A DNA stretch of 64,000 nt from Chrysomallon squamiferum (lineage: Eukaryota > Animalia > Mollusca), in the NCBI GenBank assembly GCA_012295275.1, contig CM022672.1, positions 21,576,001-21,640,000 on the forward strand, in the 5' to 3' direction. The notes beneath the pieces are model-generated. The model had not been told where the DNA came from and did not search any database. It saw only the letters and a list, made by a program, of their open reading frames with translations. The translations under genes and the position numbers were made by a program. Below, one piece after another: positions 56,730 to 64,000 of the stretch. Position 1 is the stretch's first letter. Every line of letters begins with the position of its first letter.

Positions 56730-56809
<80 letters not shown>

Positions 56810-57906
56810 TTTCTCATAAAGATTTCTTTAAGTACAAGCAGGTGAAATGCAGTTATGTAATTTTCCGATGACGAGGAGATTTAAACATCATCAACAACTG
56901 CGTATTTAAATTTGATTTTTTGTTGTTTTTTTTTTTGTTGTTAGCTGCGTTTTAGCTAAGATCCATCACCGTTATATGCAAACAATAAAAAATATCATCA
57001 GTACATACACACGTGTTTACTAATATCGTAATCATTACGTGCAAAAAAAAAAAATTAACTTTCCAAGATGAATTTGCAGCTAATGATGACAAATTTTACA
57101 TTTAACAAAATGTCAATGGATTTTTTTTTTTTTTTTTTTTTTTTTTTGTAAACCAAAGCATATAGCTGTATTTTGAAATTCACAAGAGAATTTTATTATC
57201 AGATATCGTTTTAACTGAAGACAGAGGCAAACTGCCTTAGCGAGCCGAAACATATTACCAGAGGGACTCGGGGTTAAGTACTCGACCATGACAAGATTAA
57301 GAAATAAAACAGATTTGAGTAAATATAATTATTCTAGATTCAGTGTAGACAAACATATATTTATAAGATAGAGCAGAATGTACTAACAAGAGGAATAACA
57401 TATATAATTTTTAAATATGTATGTATATGTGTATGTATCTTTATGTATGTATGTATGTATGTATGTATGTATGTATGTATGTATGTATGCATGTATGTAT
57501 ATATGTATGTATGTATGTGTGTGTGTTTATGTATGTATGTATGTATGTATGTATATATTTCTGTTTCAATTTATGTATGTTTCTACGATTGTATTTATGT
57601 ACACAAATAATTTAGATAACTTAAATCAAATTAGCTGATTAATGTTCAGATAGTGTTTATAAAGATTAACTATCCACATGCATTCGACCTCACTTCGCAG
57701 TCTTCTAACGGGACACTGGTTTTAGAACATAAACGGTAGCTTACGACATGCACTTGTGTTGGTTTCCATACGACTATAATCCCAAATGAAACTAGAATTT
57801 CATGACATAAATTTCAAACAATAATTATGAATATAATATTCTTCTTTTCTTCTTCCTATTTTCCCAGACCAGAAATGGGCTTTAGTAGCCAACTAATTTG
57901 TATCTG

Positions 57907-57937
<31 letters not shown>

Positions 57938-58824
57938 GTTTTTACTTTTACCTGATACTGTCTTACTACCAGCATTTTTCTTTGTTGGCTGATTTTCTTG
58001 TTGTTGTTGTTTTGATCTGTGACAAAGACAAAAATTATATTAAATCAGTAACTGTCAGTCCTCATCAGCTTGTCTCTGCACAGTTGTATGATGTAAGCAA
58101 CGTTTCAATCAGTTCAGATGAATACTGGGATAATCATATTACACGTGTACTAGGGTTAGCTAATCCGACATTAACTGTTGTAAAATCTGAGATTACACAG
58201 CGGAGATGAGCTCTACGAAACACGAGTCTCGCGGTGTAGTTCCACGGAAATAACTGTGAAATCCTGTGGGTTATATAACAGCATAAAGCCGTCCTCAACA
58301 ACGTCGGGATGTCGTTACCCAGTAATACCAGCGACTGACAATAACACTGTGATTATGACCGTTATGTCATGGACCCGTGGGTTGTGGTAATAACAGACGA
58401 CGATAAAATGAATTAATATATCGAAACGCAAAACAAGAAAAGGGATAAAGATAATTCGATGTGTTTTATTTCTTCTTCTTCTTCTTCTTCTCGAAGGATT
58501 TGTTTCAAGTGTAGCTACGATATCGGTTAATTTCATTAACGTTTCAGTTATTGTTGTTGTTTTCCTTTATTTTTTATTTTTAAATTTCTAAATAAATAAA
58601 TAAATATTAATTTTGACACGTAAAGGAAGTCTTTAGGGAAATATTTGAAAAGAGGCCAGGATGACAGTTTAATATTTTCTCTTTTTTTTCTTTGATAATT
58701 AATTAATTTATTATTATTATTATTATTATTACACAGACACTACTACAAGATTTTCAGATTATATTTTAGTAAGATTATTTAAAACCACCATCATACAAGT
58801 ACTGTTATCATCATCAGATCACAC

Positions 58825-58858
<34 letters not shown>

Positions 58859-58876
58859 CACAAAAAGATACACACA

Positions 58877-58938
<62 letters not shown>

Positions 58939-59744
58939 CATATATATATACATATATATATATACATACAAATGTACTTATACACAAACACACTCACATG
59001 CATATATTCAAGCATTCAAATACACATAAATATACACACAACTGAATGTGCAGCACATATAATATAAAACGTGACTGTTAATTCAACTGTTGTTTGCTGT
59101 TAGTGTTACACAGTGTATGCGAGTGTGCTGGAAACACAACGAGTACTTTTACTGCTCCGGTGGTCAGTAGTTTCCTGAGTTCGGCATTTTGTAGATTAAC
59201 AGTTATTCCCGAAGGTACATTAGATGGTCCGTCTACTCTAAAAAATAAATGTCATTAATTTTTTTTTCTTCTCTGCGAGCCAGTCATTAGAAACTCATCT
59301 CGTATGTCATTTGCTGAAGATACATTCCAGCGAAACATAACGTACACTGCTGGTACTATCATCTTACGACTGCTAATAGGCGAGCGAGAAGGGTGAAAAT
59401 TATCCGTCGTACGTTGAGTGCTGGGAGAGAGGTATTTCTACAACTTTCTGCAATGAACAATACATCCACACTCCTGCCTTTTCGGTACTGAATTTTAAAT
59501 ATCATTTAAATGTTCAGAATATTCTGAAATCATTAAATGTCATATTTACATTACATTAGCCTATGCTCAGTTGATTGGAAACTACTACATAATTGACTTA
59601 CTTGAGGGAATACGAATTTCGTTTCTTAAATCATTTTGTCAAATTTCTGTTGCGGTGTATTGTGACACGGAAAACCTTTGCAGCAACATGAAGAGTTGAT
59701 ACTGCTTGAGTGTGCGAAGGAGTTATTCAAAAGATAAAATAAAA

Positions 59745-59787
<43 letters not shown>

Positions 59788-60924
59788 AAATTGTCCAGAA
59801 TATGTGTGATGATGGTACATGAATGAGTAAACGACCGAAGTGGGATAACAGGACATTTTAGAAGCTATGCATTATACGAATTGTCAGTGCATGCAAAATA
59901 AATTGCAGATATACGACAAAGCGCCTGATGATTTCGTTTCTTTATTTTAACTTCTAAAATTTCTCGAATTTAAAAGTTTGTGATTCTTTAGGACAGTTCT
60001 TTGAAAGACGTTTCATTTTCAAATTATTTCTTTGAATTTAACCCCTTTCCACTTTTGTTCAGCTAATGATATCCATGGTTTTATTCTTCATTCAGTCAGT
60101 CTAAAAATAAAAACAAAATGGCTGTAAACATCTTATTAACAATGTTTCTGTTGGTTTGGCTGATCTCCTCAGCGATGAGTACAAACTCCAGTCGTTCCGT
60201 TACCCTCTTCTTTCTTCTTCTGCGATTAAGCCCTGGTTATGATCTGACCGTATTAAAATGTCGCAGCTTTCGTTAAATCTCTCTACGATTAAGGTCCTAT
60301 GCAGAACTGAGATAATGGCCGGATCTGACAATGCTCTGTAGTTTCACCTTGTAATTAGTGTGGTCTAAAAACATCCCCTTCAGAAGAAAGATTTATTCGT
60401 TCTTTCCTTTCGCCGGAACTCGACTCGTAGCGAAAACAATGGCGAGAACAAAAAGCTTTCTTGTCGGTGGTATCAGTCTGTCAAATGTGCGGCTGACAGA
60501 AACACCTTTCTCAATTAAATATTTATCAATAATCGCCAAAGAGTATGTGGGAAGACTGAAACAACAAGTTAGCGTGGAATAGACGAGATCGGCGAGTTTG
60601 AAGAAACAGCGTTTGTGAATATCAAAAGATCAGCTGCATTGAGACGATAAAAACAAAACTAAGAGGTAACAAATAGAAATATCAGCGGTATAAAAACTTT
60701 AATTAAAAATCAACCCCAAAGAAAAGAAGAAAAGAAAGTATTTAAATAACGTCAGAAAAATATAATCATAAAAAACCTCTAATAGAAACAAATACGACGA
60801 TGATACACAAAAGAAAGGTAATTGACAGAAACATCAATAAGATCAATAAAACCAGCAGAAAGAAAAAGAAAAGAAAAGATAATAGAATAAGACAATGGAG
60901 GAAAGAAATCAGCTAAGTTAACCA

Positions 60925-61474
60925 TCGGCCGTAGACAGGAAAGCACATGTCAGTTGTGGTACATTGGCTGGAACGAGAAGTAACGCGAATTACATATCAT
61001 CAACAATGACCCGTGACGTTTGAAGAGGACTGATTCGTGATGTGTCAGTAGGACTGATCCCCAGTGCGCCGAGAAGACTGATCCATGACGTCCCAGGCGT
61101 AATCCACGACGTCTCATAAAGACAGATCCATGACGTCTCATAAAGACACATCCATGACGTCCCAGGCGTAATCCATGACGTCTCATAAAGACTGATCCAT
61201 GACGTCCCAGGCGTAATCCATGACGTCTCATAAAGACAGATCCATGACGTCTCATAAAGACTGATCCATGACGTCCCAGGCGTAATCCACGACGTCTCAT
61301 AAAGACAGATCCATGACGTCCCAGGCGTAATCCACGACGTCTCATAAAGACAGATCCATTACGTCTCACGAGGACCGATCAATAACGTCTCATAATTTCT
61401 GATCCACAGCTTCTGATAATATCTGATCCATAACGTCTCGTGCATCGCTTTAACCACTGAACTACAGTCTGACC
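60925..61474 (-). mobile_element. tRNA-derived SINE with an internal minisatellite expansion
   Basis: Minus strand begins GGTCAGACTGTAGTTCAGTGGTTAAAGCG (tRNA 5' half / A-box). After the array it resumes with SINE-core-like TTCTCGTTCCAGCCAATGTACCACAACTG...TGTGCTTTCCTGTCT. Confidence 0.65.
61076..61440. repeat. Composite minisatellite of 24-bp (GATCCATGACGTCTCATAAAGACA) and 21-bp (ATCCATGACGTCCCAGGCGTA) units
   Basis: Interspersed tandem units sharing ATCCAYGACGTC; more diverged toward both ends. Confidence 0.92.
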
Positions 61475-61883
61475 TAGAAAACAGAATGACGCTGAAGTTC
61501 AGACTGGAATAATGAAACAGTAGCAGAACACTGTTTCAAAAAAAAAAAAAAAAAAAATATTACAAATCTTTCCTTTAGGCGTTTCCCGTAATCACAATTA
61601 GAAAAACAAAACATCGGCAGAAAAAAACTTCAAAAGATTTGTCAGGTTAATTTCATGCTTTTTTGCCTTTACAGTCGCCGCTTGAAAAAAATATTAAAGT
61701 GTAGGTGAATATAAAAAAACTTTGAAAAAAACTCAGCAACGTGGATAACATGTTGGATCCAGTTTTCTGAAGTGTGATTAAAAACAACAGCAACAACAAC
61801 AAAGCTGACAATACCATAAACAAAACAAACTATTTCATCATCAAATTCAGCAAGAGCAGAAAGACAGTAACAACAACAATAGC

Positions 61884-61931
<48 letters not shown>

Positions 61932-63688
61932 CATTATCATCACGTCATCGTCATCATCAAATAAAAACATAAAACATAATGAGAAAAAAGTGAGGTAGAT
62001 AGATAGAGTATTTCTTTCATATTTGAAGAAAACCAACTAAAAATAATAATAAAAGAAAAAACAAAAGAGTAAAAAAAGGCAAAATCAATAGAAAAAGAAT
62101 GGAATTTTTTTTTAAAACTATCATTTGATTAAATGTAGGTTTTTAATGACCTTCTTAAATGACGTTTCTGTCTTCTTTAATGCGAAGATCAATCCATCAT
62201 ATTGCCACACACAACATTGTTTCCACACTCACAATCCATTAGCCAGTAACGAATATTACACTTTAATCTTAACAACATATAGCATCCGCTAAATGAATTA
62301 ATTTTTTAGAATACTTCTAATCTGAATAATAATAATAATAATAGAGAACTCTTCGTGAAATATAAAATAGTTGAAGAAAAACATCATGTTTTTTCAGTCC
62401 AAGCCGCCATCATGATTTTTGTCCTACCAGACTAATCCTCAAATGAAAATAACTTCATTTATATATATATATTTTTTTTTTCGGCCTAAAAACGTTTTTG
62501 CCTCTTGCTATATACGTCCAGATGAAAGCGTTTTGATTAATCAGAATGAAAAATGAGACGGCTTTTGAACAGAGAAAAGCTACTGAAGCGGTTGTAACAG
62601 CGATAATAAAAGAGAAGAAAACAAACAACATGTTGACAGGTTGTTGACAATACTTTGGTGATAAAACAGATCGAAACGTGTTAGAATTAATTGATTAATA
62701 TGCCATTGAAATTAAGCGCGTAAAAACAGAAGTGTCATTTCAGTAGTTTATATATGAGAGGTAAATGATGAATTCATGATCATATTTATATGTAATCTTT
62801 AAGAAGAGTTAAGGAGTGTACAGAGCAGACAATGGCGAAACATTTTTTCTCAATTCTTGCTAATATTTTCAGTTATGTGTATCCTAAAATTTCAATAAAT
62901 ATATCCATAATTATATATACTTATATCAGTTTTACTATTTTGTGCATTTTTTCTACGAGCGTGCGTTTATGTATATGACAAATAAACGAAAAAAAAAAAA
63001 AAACCAGTGAAAAGAATAACAACAACATATAAAAAAGAAAGAATTTTGGATAAATAATTAACAACAACAAAAAAAAAAAAAAACCAAAAAAAACTCGGAG
63101 AATAAAACCTCAAGCTTATTTTGTCCTTGAAACACCGAGCATATCTCATAATTCATTTTGTGCATTTGGTCATGAAATTAATCACTAAAGTGTTGGATTC
63201 AATTTAAGACAATAAACAGAAAATTAATTTAGTCACACAACCAGTGTTATAATTTCTGAAAAACTTTCACTTCTCTCAAAAACAAATCATTTTCATTTGG
63301 TTAAACTGACACATACGATTTCTTCACGCGACTTGTGTTAAAACAGAGCAAATGCAGCGTTATGAAACCACACATGGTAGACATCCTTCACCACTAGAAA
63401 TAATCAAAAATAAAAATAAAATATTAATAAAATAAAGAGTTTGCTTTGAGACTGTAAAAAAGATGAATGGATTGCAATTCTGTTTGAATTTAATTAAATA
63501 ACTTTTCATTTGGTTGATTAGGTTCAATGATTCAATCATGAAATAACAAATGTAGGTTAACTTGAAATATGTTACGTTGTCAAGTTCAGCAGGTTTGTTT
63601 ACACACTCGCAAACACAAGTTCACACATAGGTTTGAAATTAACACTCACACACACAGACACACACACACATATACATACATTCATATA

Positions 63689-63900
63689 CAGGGTGTCCCA
63701 GAAGTCACGCACCATGAAGATTTTTATTTAGATACATATGAATAACATTTTTATTAATAATAATCATAACAAATGCTCAAATTGCTTGCCCTCTGCATTG
63801 ATACATACTTCAATTCTCTTTATAAAACTGTTTTTTACTCTGTAATATAAAAAAAAAAAATATATACATGTATATGGTGCGCGACTTCTGGGACACCCTG
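63689..63900 (-). mobile_element. Tc1/mariner-superfamily non-autonomous deletion derivative, 212 bp
   Basis: 27-bp TIRs CAGGGTGTCCCAGAAGTC(A/G)CGCACCAT with 1 mismatch, TA on both flanks. The interior minus strand encodes KNSFIKRIEVCINAEGKQFEHLL* (stop 63766-63764), resembling the R...CI...G..FE C-terminus of Tc1/mariner transposases. Confidence 0.9.
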
Positions 63901-64000
63901 TATATGTATATATAAATTTTATGAGAAAACAACAAGGACAGGGGAAAATGAAGAAAGGAAAAAAGAAAGGAAAAACAAAAGATAATTAAGAAATTACAAT

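Overview
AT-rich (roughly 30% GC by eye), microsatellite-dense animal genomic DNA with spliceosomal introns. It is probably molluscan/gastropod, an inference from the SINE remnants. Nearly all ORFs in the supplied track are microsatellite artefacts. Three genes are supported. (1) A complete 9-exon minus-strand gene (ATG 16672, stop 3440; 1092 nt, 363 aa) encodes signal peptide + Reeler + DOMON, an FRRS1/SDR2-like protein that stops right after DOMON with no cytochrome b561 domain. (2) The first coding exon and TATA/Inr core promoter of a second minus-strand secreted-protein gene run off the left edge. (3) The first coding exon of a plus-strand secreted Cys-rich gene at 49842 resembles anosmin-1/KAL1. 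Non-coding features include a perfect 75-bp-arm palindrome in an intron, a Tc1/mariner deletion derivative keeping the transposase C-terminus, a hAT-like MITE, several decayed tRNA-derived SINEs (one carrying an internal minisatellite), minisatellites and local tandem duplications. I found no clearly new biological system. The best leads are the soluble Reeler-DOMON protein with an apparently displaced heme-ligand His and the intronic perfect hairpin.
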